DNA of 61,061 nt from Bacteroidales bacterium. GTDB lineage: Bacteria; Bacteroidota; Bacteroidia; Bacteroidales; F082. The notes under the pieces are model-generated. The model was given only the letters and a program-made list of their open reading frames with translations. It did no database searches and had not been told where the DNA came from. The stretch is taken from NCBI GenBank assembly GCA_017549605.1, contig JAFYUH010000137.1, forward strand, positions 1 to 61,061, written 5' to 3'. Each line of letters begins with the position of its first letter. Positions within the stretch are counted from its first letter, which is position 1. Positions 8,043 to 17,200 of this stretch are shown one piece after another. The translations under genes were made by a program, and so were the position numbers.

Positions 8043-11000
8043 TTATAATATTACTATTTTTTGTGACCTTACTGTATTCTCGTTAATGTTACGTATTACG
8101 TAAGTTGTCTTGTTGAACTTGCTTACATTGACCCTGTTGTCTTCTCCAACGATGTCAGTGGTGTAAACAACTCTACCCATCATATCAATGATTTGAATTC
8201 TGCCTTCAGCCTTGACGATAAGTTCGTCGCCGCTTTGATATACAAACTGACCGTTGTCTGTTGTCTGTTGTCTGTTGTCCACCTTTACGACAAATCGGTT
8301 GTGGGTGTCATTGCTTGTAGCTGTGAAACTGTATTCGTTTTCGATGAGCATATTTGTTTCAATGCCTGTGAAGCGGTCGACCAATGTGACAGTTTCAAAC
8401 TCGCCGTTTATGTCTAAACTGATGCTGTAATTGCCCATTTGTGATGCTACGAATGAGAGCTCTACTTCAGTAACGTTTTCGTCTAAGTTGGCGATGCCGT
8501 AACGTCTGCCGTTATTGGCAACGAATACTGTAGCAATTCCTTCATTGAAGTTTTGCAACTTATCAAAACCTTCTGATTGTCCTGCGAAGTTGATGATTAC
8601 GTTGTCTTTACCAGCATTGCCAGAAGCGATGACATTTATGCTGTTGAATTGTCTGCCGCTTCTTGTTATCTCTTTTTTATGATCGTAAGAGAATGTTGGT
8701 TCTGCTGTAATGGCTTTCACGAAGAATCCGTCACCTGTTGCTATTGTAGTATCTGCAGGCGCATAGATGTAAGCTCCGTTAGTGCCTATTATAGCATAAC
8801 CTGTTGTCAATCCTTCTACTGTAGCTTTTCTCATATCCATATTGAATGGGAATGGGTTTCCGAGAAGGTGGAAGTTGGCGAGAGGTTTTTCTTCATTGTA
8901 GGATATTTCTGTGAAATTGAAATGATCTTTGCTGTAGAGAGAACCTGTCAGTGAGGCTGTAGATTCTGTTTCGTATGAAGCGAGGTAACCACGTCCGTTT
9001 ACGAAATCTTTTTCAAAGTCGGCGTCTATATTGTTGCCTTTTTTATGGTTGTTCCATTTTGTGTCCTCATATTTGTATAAGTCGTATGATCTGGCGGCTT
9101 CGTTGCCTGTAAAGTTCATAACGCTGGAGGTGTTGAATGGAGAAGCTATGAATTGCCAGCCGTCTTTGTTGCTACCCGACCATGATGTCGGATTTACAAT
9201 ATTCATATTGAATGTTGCAAATACGTTCTCGCTGCTTTGGAACAATTGAGCGCCGTCATTGATGATGAGTGATGCAGCGTCTGTGTTTGTCATTGTGCCG
9301 TTTACAGTGAGACGGACACCGCCATCAATTGTCATAGAACCGCTGTTGATGCTTACAGATTCTACAATGATATCACCGCTCGTTATTGTCACATCACCAT
9401 CGATGATGACATCATCTGTTGCTGTTGGGATAGAGCCTTTGCTCCAGTTGTTTGCATCGCTCCATAAACCGATGCCGGTGAATATATTGATAGAAGGATT
9501 TACGGTGACAGTGAATGAGTGAGGGTAAGTTGTTGTTTCTGTATGAGTTGAAATTGATTTTACATTGTAAATAGTGATGTCGTCAACAGCCAAGGCAGCA
9601 TTGTCACCGCAGTCGAAATGTCTGATGGCAACCCAAATGTTTTGACCCTCATAATCTACCAACATTGAAGATTTCAGAGTCATTTTCAAAGAGTTCGAAT
9701 TTTTAGCAAGAGTCCAGGCATCTACTTGTTTGAAAGAATTTACATCGGTATTACTTGTAGTTGATACGAAAACACCAAATTTTTCCACTGCATATTTGGT
9801 TTGATTTGCCATAGAACATACATGAAATTCAAATGTAGTACCATCTGATGGTATGATCTGTTCTGGCATTACTAACCAACGGTCTGGTGTAAGAGTTTTA
9901 TTGCCTTTATTGCAAAAAGACTCGCTGAATACGAAACCGCCAGTAGAATATGATTTATTATAATCATGACTGCTTTGTGTGCTTGAATGATACCAGTCGT
10001 GGTCATCTGCAGTTATAGTAGTGCAGCCTTGTAAATCATTGTCGAATGTATAGCTTTTATTGGAGACGCTTTCACTTATGACTTCATTTTCTACTATGAT
10101 ATTTATTTCAAAGTCTAAATCGTAGTTAGAAGGAATGTCTTCTGCCAATTTTATGCTAAATGAGACTGTTGTTGTTTCTCCAACTGCAATAGAACCAACA
10201 TTGTATGTGCCGTTAATGATGTTGACATATTCGTTGTCACACACTAAAGTCGCTGTTGTTGCGGCAGGTGTGGCTTTTTCACATTTATTAATTAATGTTG
10301 CAGTCAATGTTGCGTTTCCGTTTACAAGATTATCCAAGTTGAATGATTTTACAATCACACCAGTGAGTTTCTTGTCGGTTGTAGCGCAGGTGTTTTCTGA
10401 TAGTTCAGATTCCCCGACTTCGTTGACGGCTGTTACGTTGAAGCAGTATGTTGTCTCGGCTTCAAGGTTTTCAATGAGATATGTTGTTTCAGTCAGCTCT
10501 ATGTCGAGTGTTTCTGTGCCGCGATAGATATTGTAGCTCAATGCATTTTCAACGGCGTCCCATCTCAAGATTATAGATGATTCACCGTCAGCTGTCGCTG
10601 TCACTACAGGAGTTGCTGGTGCTTTTGGAGCTTCTAATGTTGTAGCGCAGGCGTCTTCAGATTTTTCAGACTCACCGATTTCGTTGACTGCTGTTACGTT
10701 GAAGCAGTATGTCGTTTCGGCTTCAAGGTTTTCTATGATGTATGTTGTTTCAGTCAGCTCTACAGCGAGTGTTTCTGTACCTCGATAGATATTGTAGCTC
10801 AATGCATTTTCAACAGCGTCCCAAGTCAAGACCACTTCTGATTCGCTTGTAGCTTCTGCTGTCGCTACAGGTGCTGTAGGTCTTTCTTTGAATGTTGTAG
10901 CATAAGCTTTTTCTGATTTCTCAGACTCGCCGATTTTGTTGACTGCTGTAATGCTGAAGCAGTATGTTGTCTCGGCTTCAAGATTTTCTACAGTATATGT

Positions 11001-14000
11001 TGTCTTGCTTAGTCCTGTCGCAATCAATTTTGTATCTTGATAAACGTTATAGCTTGCGGCTTCTTTGACATTGTCCCATTTCAAGACTATTTCTGATTCG
11101 CTTATCGCTTCTGCTCTTAGATTTGTTGGAGTTTTTATTGATGTAGGTTCTGATGTGGTTTCGCAGACTTCTTCAGAAAATCCTGATTCTCCAGAACTTG
11201 TGACAGTCGTTACAGCGTAGCAATATTGTGTCTCATAAGAAAGTTCGGTATCGACGTAAGCAGGTTCTGTCACAGTAGCGACTTTCTGTCCGTTGCGATA
11301 TACGTTATATTTGTTTACGTTATTGACGGCATTCCATGACAATGATATCTTTAATTCATCTGCTAATGTAGCTGTGATGTTTTTAACTTCAGGCAAGTTT
11401 ATTGTAGAACTTGCTATTACATTAAAATAGTAAGGGTCATCGAGACTATAAGTGGAAACGTGTTTCGTATTTACGATTACGTTTGAGAAAGCGATGTCAT
11501 CAATGTTTAAAGCATCAACCCCGAGTCCGCCGTCAGCTTGATAAGGGTCGTCCCATTCTTCATTTGTAAAGAAGTGACGTATGGCAATATAGATTTCCTG
11601 ACCTGCGTAATCGCTTAAGTCAACGGTATATTGCTTCCATGTTGTGCTTGTTGAACTTTCTGTTATTTTCCATTCTTCTATTGTGGTAAAGTCATTGGCA
11701 GAGGTGTTGCCAGTTGTTGACACTGCCAAACCAAAATGTTCCTTATAATATGCAGTGTAATGAGCACGTGCGTAGAAACTTACCTTACTGTTTTCGGTGA
11801 TTTTGACTTTTGCAGGAGATACGAGATAGTTGTCGATAGGATATGTGTATTGTATCATCTTAAGACCAGAATGACTCATAAGGTGTCCTTTGCCAGTGTG
11901 AGACTCGAATGGTTTTTTTTCGACGCTGTTAGCGTTAGAACTATGATTCCAAGGAGTTTTAATGTTATTGTTGCTTGCATTGAAACTGGTCCATCCTTGC
12001 ATATCGTTTTCGAATTCATAAACATAATCTTTTGGTTCTATGTTTTCTGAATATGTTTCAAGGAAGAAGTCAAATTCAAAACCGTCTTTAGGTTCTTTGG
12101 TTTCGATGGTAAATGTTCCTGTACCAGTTTCGTTTACATCCAATGGACTGATTGTGGTTACATCATTGATTAAAGTTAGGTGTTTCAAACTAGATGAAAT
12201 AGACACGAGTTTGAGTGTTATTGGACCTGAGAAGTCTGCAGTTCCATCGTTAACCATAGTGACTCTGATGTCGGTTTTTGTATTTGGCTTTACTACACCA
12301 GGACTTACACTTTGGAAGGTGAGTTTAGGACTGGCAGTGATGTTGATATAGAACACATCATCCCATTTGTAATTGTCGCTTGTTGTCGTTACGGTGAAAG
12401 TAGCAGTATGTCCGTTTGGCGTGGCAGGATTAACATCAAGTTCAAAATATAATGTTTTGGTGTTGTTTACACCGATAGTTCCTGTTGTTTGTGAAGGGTT
12501 TACGATCGTTACGTATGGGTCGTTTGCCAAAGACAATGTCACTGTTGTATTTTCATCGCTTGGACCATTGCCTTCGTTTTTCAATGTTATTCCGAGAGTG
12601 CTGTTTCCTGCAGATATTGTTGCTGGAGAGAAGGTGTTGAGTTTTACATAAGGATGTTCGATAACTTCAGTGATGCCGTTGACAGCAGCGAGAGCGTCGA
12701 CGATACCAGCTCCGATTATATTGTTTTTTGTTGCAGGTTTTGAAGATGCTGATTCTTCAATTATCTGTGATATCTGAGCAGGAGTGAGTGCTGAATTCTT
12801 TTCCAACATAAGCGCGATTACACCGGCAACGCATGGTGTTGCTTGTGATGTTCCGCTCTTGACGGCATTGTCGTTATTGCCGTTGTGTTTAGAAGAATAG
12901 ATGTAATAACCTGGAGCTGAGATGTCAGGACGGATGAGACCCATTGAAGCGCCACTGTTGTATGGATAGTCGTTGTAAGAAGTTCCTTCCCATGTTGAAG
13001 GACCGCGTGATGACTCGTTGAGGTCGTGAGCGCCGACGCAGATGACGCTTGAGTTGCCGCCTTTGAGTGTCTGGTTAGGGTTTGTCCAAGGTGCAGGACA
13101 TGCTGCTGGGTAGTCGACGTTGTCAGGTGCTCCGTAAGTGTCGCCATCGTTACCTGCTGCTGCACAGACGACAACGCCTGCACTTAACACATTGTCGAAA
13201 GCCTTGCGGATCTCTTCTTTCTGTGCTGTGGTTAACTGACTGTTCTTGAAACCTAATGACATGCTTAAAACGTCAGCGCCGTTTTCAACAGCGAACTGGA
13301 CGCCGCTCAGCATCTGTGACACTGAACCGCCACCAACACGGTTGATAATCTTTACGGTCATAAGGGATGCGTCTGGAGCAATGCCAGTGGTGTTGCCAGA
13401 AGTGCCGTCGCCACAGACGATACCAGCACAGTGTGTTCCGTGACCAAATTCGTCGGTGATGTCGCTATTGCCTCCGTCGAAGTTCCATCCGTTGACGTAG
13501 GTGTCAGGAGTACCGTCATTGTTAGTGTCGATATGACCTGACCAGAGATGGTCTTTTAGGTCGATGTGTTCAGTGTTTGTTCCAGAGTCCAACACCGCAA
13601 CAACAACATTTTTGCCTGTGTAGCCTTGTGCCCAGACATCGTCAGCATTGACGCTTACTACGTGAGCAAAAGGACCTCTTACGTCAGCAGGTTTTGCCTC
13701 GATGCTTTTCATCTGTTCTGGAGAAATCATCTGAATCTCCTTGTCATAGCCGATGATCTTTACGTCAGGATGAGAAGATAATTTATAGATTACATCTTTA
13801 GAAGCCTTACAGCTAATTGTGTTGGCGATCCATAGGTTGCGGATGTCGGAGACTTTGCCGTTTAATTTTTCTGCTTCTAAAATGTTTAAGACATCAGACT
13901 GAACATTTCCTGAATAAGTCTTAAGTTCATTGATGACAAAATCTTTCTTTTCTGATTTTGTAGAAGCGTTTCTGCTTGCTTGCTTAAGTTTGTTTGAATC

Positions 14001-14156
14001 TATATTTGACTTGAAATAGATCTGTATGTCAATCAGTTCTTCGTTTCTTTGGTTTAAAACTTTTTGCAACTCAATGTCAATCTTGCTGTTGTCTTGAGCA
14101 TTGGCGAATCCGCATAAGAATGACAATAAGAATAATGTAAAAATGATTTTTTTCAT
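8043..14156 (-). CDS. Subtilisin-like S8 serine peptidase, 2037 aa, two adhesin-like modules, four FN3 repeats, T9SS sorting domain (paralog B)
   Basis: Signal peptide 'MKKIIFTLFLLSFLCGFANAQ'. Triad motifs are 'VAVLDSGT', 'HGTHCAG' and 'GTSQATP'. Four tandem FN3 units carry the 'SYN(V/I)Y' signature. The C-terminal ~470 aa are homologous to the paralog A tail. Confidence 0.88.
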   Translation of the reverse strand: MKKIIFTLFLLSFLCGFANAQDNSKIDIELQKVLNQRNEELIDIQIYFKSNIDSNKLKQASRNASTKSEKKDFVINELKTYSGNVQSDVLNILEAEKLNGKVSDIRNLWIANTISCKASKDVIYKLSSHPDVKIIGYDKEIQMISPEQMKSIEAKPADVRGPFAHVVSVNADDVWAQGYTGKNVVVAVLDSGTNTEHIDLKDHLWSGHIDTNNDGTPDTYVNGWNFDGGNSDITDEFGHGTHCAGIVCGDGTSGNTTGIAPDASLMTVKIINRVGGGSVSQMLSGVQFAVENGADVLSMSLGFKNSQLTTAQKEEIRKAFDNVLSAGVVVCAAAGNDGDTYGAPDNVDYPAACPAPWTNPNQTLKGGNSSVICVGAHDLNESSRGPSTWEGTSYNDYPYNSGASMGLIRPDISAPGYYIYSSKHNGNNDNAVKSGTSQATPCVAGVIALMLEKNSALTPAQISQIIEESASSKPATKNNIIGAGIVDALAAVNGITEVIEHPYVKLNTFSPATISAGNSTLGITLKNEGNGPSDENTTVTLSLANDPYVTIVNPSQTTGTIGVNNTKTLYFELDVNPATPNGHTATFTVTTTSDNYKWDDVFYINITASPKLTFQSVSPGVVKPNTKTDIRVTMVNDGTADFSGPITLKLVSISSSLKHLTLINDVTTISPLDVNETGTGTFTIETKEPKDGFEFDFFLETYSENIEPKDYVYEFENDMQGWTSFNASNNNIKTPWNHSSNANSVEKKPFESHTGKGHLMSHSGLKMIQYTYPIDNYLVSPAKVKITENSKVSFYARAHYTAYYKEHFGLAVSTTGNTSANDFTTIEEWKITESSTSTTWKQYTVDLSDYAGQEIYIAIRHFFTNEEWDDPYQADGGLGVDALNIDDIAFSNVIVNTKHVSTYSLDDPYYFNVIASSTINLPEVKNITATLADELKISLSWNAVNNVNKYNVYRNGQKVATVTEPAYVDTELSYETQYCYAVTTVTSSGESGFSEEVCETTSEPTSIKTPTNLRAEAISESEIVLKWDNVKEAASYNVYQDTKLIATGLSKTTYTVENLEAETTYCFSITAVNKIGESEKSEKAYATTFKERPTAPVATAEATSESEVVLTWDAVENALSYNIYRGTETLAVELTETTYIIENLEAETTYCFNVTAVNEIGESEKSEDACATTLEAPKAPATPVVTATADGESSIILRWDAVENALSYNIYRGTETLDIELTETTYLIENLEAETTYCFNVTAVNEVGESELSENTCATTDKKLTGVIVKSFNLDNLVNGNATLTATLINKCEKATPAATTATLVCDNEYVNIINGTYNVGSIAVGETTTVSFSIKLAEDIPSNYDLDFEINIIVENEVISESVSNKSYTFDNDLQGCTTITADDHDWYHSSTQSSHDYNKSYSTGGFVFSESFCNKGNKTLTPDRWLVMPEQIIPSDGTTFEFHVCSMANQTKYAVEKFGVFVSTTSNTDVNSFKQVDAWTLAKNSNSLKMTLKSSMLVDYEGQNIWVAIRHFDCGDNAALAVDDITIYNVKSISTHTETTTYPHSFTVTVNPSINIFTGIGLWSDANNWSKGSIPTATDDVIIDGDVTITSGDIIVESVSINSGSMTIDGGVRLTVNGTMTNTDAASLIINDGAQLFQSSENVFATFNMNIVNPTSWSGSNKDGWQFIASPFNTSSVMNFTGNEAARSYDLYKYEDTKWNNHKKGNNIDADFEKDFVNGRGYLASYETESTASLTGSLYSKDHFNFTEISYNEEKPLANFHLLGNPFPFNMDMRKATVEGLTTGYAIIGTNGAYIYAPADTTIATGDGFFVKAITAEPTFSYDHKKEITRSGRQFNSINVIASGNAGKDNVIINFAGQSEGFDKLQNFNEGIATVFVANNGRRYGIANLDENVTEVELSFVASQMGNYSISLDINGEFETVTLVDRFTGIETNMLIENEYSFTATSNDTHNRFVVKVDNRQQTTDNGQFVYQSGDELIVKAEGRIQIIDMMGRVVYTTDIVGEDNRVNVSKFNKTTYVIRNINENTVRSQKIVIL
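8253..8280 (-). repeat. Heptamer tandem repeat (GTTGTCT x3 + GTTGTCC) inside the S8 paralog B CDS
   Basis: Direct reading. It encodes 'NRQQTTDNG' just upstream of the T9SS sorting domain. Confidence 0.9.
10370..11400 (-). repeat. Four tandem ~250-bp FN3-encoding units within paralog B
   Basis: Units 3 and 4 (about 10385-10620 and 10625-10870) are roughly 85-90% identical at the nucleotide level by eye. The peptides 'LSYNIYRGTETL..ELTETTY.IENLEAETTYCFNVTAVNE.GESE' are repeated. Confidence 0.85.
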
Positions 14157-14182
14157 TAAAAATAAATTGAAATTAAACTATA

Positions 14183-14224
14183 AATAGGAGATGAGAATTG
14201 TTATATAATTCCTAACTCCTATTT
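14183..14224 (-). terminator. Hairpin downstream of S8 paralog C stop
   Basis: 'aaataggagatgagaatt gttatat aattcctaactcctattt'. The arms are imperfect and AT-rich, and contain AGGAG-type words. Confidence 0.4.
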
Positions 14225-14241
14225 ATATTTTTATAAAATGC

Positions 14242-17200
14242 TTATTCCTTGACGAAGCGTTTTGTCAAAACTCCATCATTTGTCTTTATCATGATGAAGT
14301 AAACGCCAGCATTAAATTCTGAAACGTCAATTGTTGTGTTTTCTTGGTGACTTGGTGTCTCGGTGACTTGGAGTCTACCATAAACGTCATAAACAACAAC
14401 TTCTTCTATCTCGATTTCTGTATCGATATAAAGTTTGTCGTTTGCAGGATTTGGATAGATACGGAATGATGATGTGTGTTCATCGATTGCGTCGTCAACA
14501 ACAGTGACGGTATATACTTCTGATGGTTCAGATTCTGTTTCGTCATTGAATGCAACTACATAGAATTCAAATGTGATTTCTTCATTTGTTCCTATCACGT
14601 ATGCTGTGCCGTTTGTGTACCCCATGTGGAAATCTTGTGCGTTGTCGGTGTTTACATAAACATCGTAACCTGTTGCGCCTTCAACGGCATCCCATGCCAT
14701 TGTGATTTCGAATTTGTATCCATAACCAGGAACGTCTTGTCTGATAGCTGCTCTTAAGTTTTTAGGAGCTTCGAGTTTTGCAGGTTCTGGATTTTCAGCC
14801 TCGAATGTTGTAGCGCAAGCGTCTTCTGATTTGTCAGATTTACCTTCTTTATTGACTGCAACGACGTTGAAACAATATTGTGTGTTTGCTTCCAAATCGC
14901 TGACGGTGTATGTTGTTGCTGTTACGGCCAACTTAACTGTTTCTTCACCGCTATAGATGTTGTATCTTATTGCGTTTTCAACAGCTTCCCATGTCAATAC
15001 TATTGTTGATTCGCTTGTTGCTTCTGCTGTTACTACAGGTGCTGCCAATGTTGGTACTTCTGGCTCTATTGGTTCATCGCCTGTATCTTCTAATGTTGTA
15101 GCGCAAGCGCTTTCTGACTTGTCAGACTCGCCGAGTTTGTTGACGGCTGTCACGCTGAAGCAGTATTCTGTCTCGGCATTAAGACCGTTTACGGTGTACA
15201 TTGTGCTTGTGAGTTCTGATGCAATCAGTTCAGTGCCTTGATATACATTGTAGCTTGCAGCTTCTTCAACATAATCCCATGCTAAAAATATAGAAGATTC
15301 GTTCACAGCTTCTGCTGTTAAGTTGGTTGGAGTTGCAGCTTCTGTTGGTTCTAATGTTGTTGCACATGCTTCGTCACAGAATCCTGATTCGCCAGAACTA
15401 GTGATGGTTGTGACTGCATAGCAATATTGTGTTTCATAAGCAAGCTTGCTGTCGGTGAAAGAAGGTTCTGTTACAGTAGCGACTTTCTGTCCGTTGCGAT
15501 ATACGTTGTAGCTGTTAGCAGTGTTTACAGCATTCCATTCCAAAGAAATCTTTGAACTGCTTATTGCTGTTGCTGTGAGGTTTTCAACTTTAGGCAATAC
15601 TATTGAGTTGCTTGCTTTCACTGTGAAATAATAAGGGTCATCGTAACTGTAAGTTGAAGTGTGCTGTATATTCATGCTGACATTTGAGAAAGTGATGTCA
15701 TCAATGTTTAAAGCATCATAGTCATATCCATAATATGAGTCTTCCCATTCTTGTGCTGTAAAGAAGTGACGTATAGCGATATATATATCTTGACCTGCGT
15801 ATGCGCTTAAATCAGCAGTGTATTGTGTCCAGGTTGTTTTTTCGCTTATTACCCATTCTTGGATTGTAGTAAAGTCACTTGCAGAAGCATTGCCATTTGT
15901 TGACACAGCAAGTCCGAAATGTTCTTTATATCCAATATTGTTGTTACCTCTTGCATAGAAACTGACTTTACTGTTTCCTGTAATTTTAACTTTTTCAGGA
16001 GAGACGAGATAGTTGTCGATAGGATTGTATACTTGTGCGACACCATTTTGATTTGAAATACTCATAAGGTGACCTTTTCCTGAGAAAGACTCTTTTACAT
16101 TTGTTAGAGTAGTTGCATCGGTGCTGTGTAGCCAAGCCACTTTGGTGAAACTTCCCCCAGCTTTGAAGCTAGTCCAGCCTTCCATATCGTTTTCGAATTC
16201 ATAAACATAACTTGTTGGGTTAGTATATTCTGAATGTGTTTCAAGGAAGAAGTCGAAGCTATAACTTGGTTTAGTTTCAGGTAATTTTGTTTCAATAGTG
16301 AATGTTCCTGTTCCAGTTTCGCCTACGCCTAATGCAGGTATTGTTGTCTCTGCATCAATAAAATCTACATATTTTAAGTCGCCAGTAAGCGTCTTGAGGC
16401 TGAGTGTGATAGGAGAAGTGAATGCTGCTGTTCCATTGTTGATCACAGTGACTTTTATGTCGTTTGTTGCATTAGTTTCTACCACTCCAGGGCTCACAGA
16501 TTGGAAAGCCAAGTTTGGCATTGTTGTGATATTGACAGAGAATGTGTTTTCCCATGAAAAATTGCCGCTTTTTGTTGTGACAGTAAATGTTACAGTGTGA
16601 CCGCTTGGTGTGTCATTAGAGACATTGATGTTGAAGAATAATGATTTAGTGTCGCCAGCTCCGATTCTGCCTGCTGTCTGTGTTGGATTAGCGATTGTTA
16701 CGTATGGGTCGTTTGCCAATGCCAATGTCACTGTTGTGTTTTCATCACTTGGACCATTACCTTCATTTTTTAATGTTATGCCGATAGTATTGCTACCTGT
16801 TGATATTGTTGTTGGAGCAAATGTGTTAAGTTTAACGTAAGGATTGCCAACGACTTCGGTGATGCTGTTTACTGCTGCGAGAGCGTTGACGATACCAGCG
16901 CCGACGGTGTTGTTTTTTGTAGATGGTTTTGAAGTTGCTGTTGTTTCAATAATTTCTGAAATCTGAGCTGGAGTGAGTGTTGAGTTCTTTTCCAACATAA
17001 GGGCTATCACACCAGCAACTATAGGTGTTGCTTGTGATGTTCCGCTTTTCAATTCGTATATCTCATTGTTGTTATATTTTGTAGAACGTATAATATAACC
17101 TGGAGCTGAGATGTCAGGGCGGATGAGACCCATTGACTCTCCGTTGTTGTAAGGATAGTCATTGTAAGAAGTTCCTTCCCATGTTGAAGGACCGCGTGAT

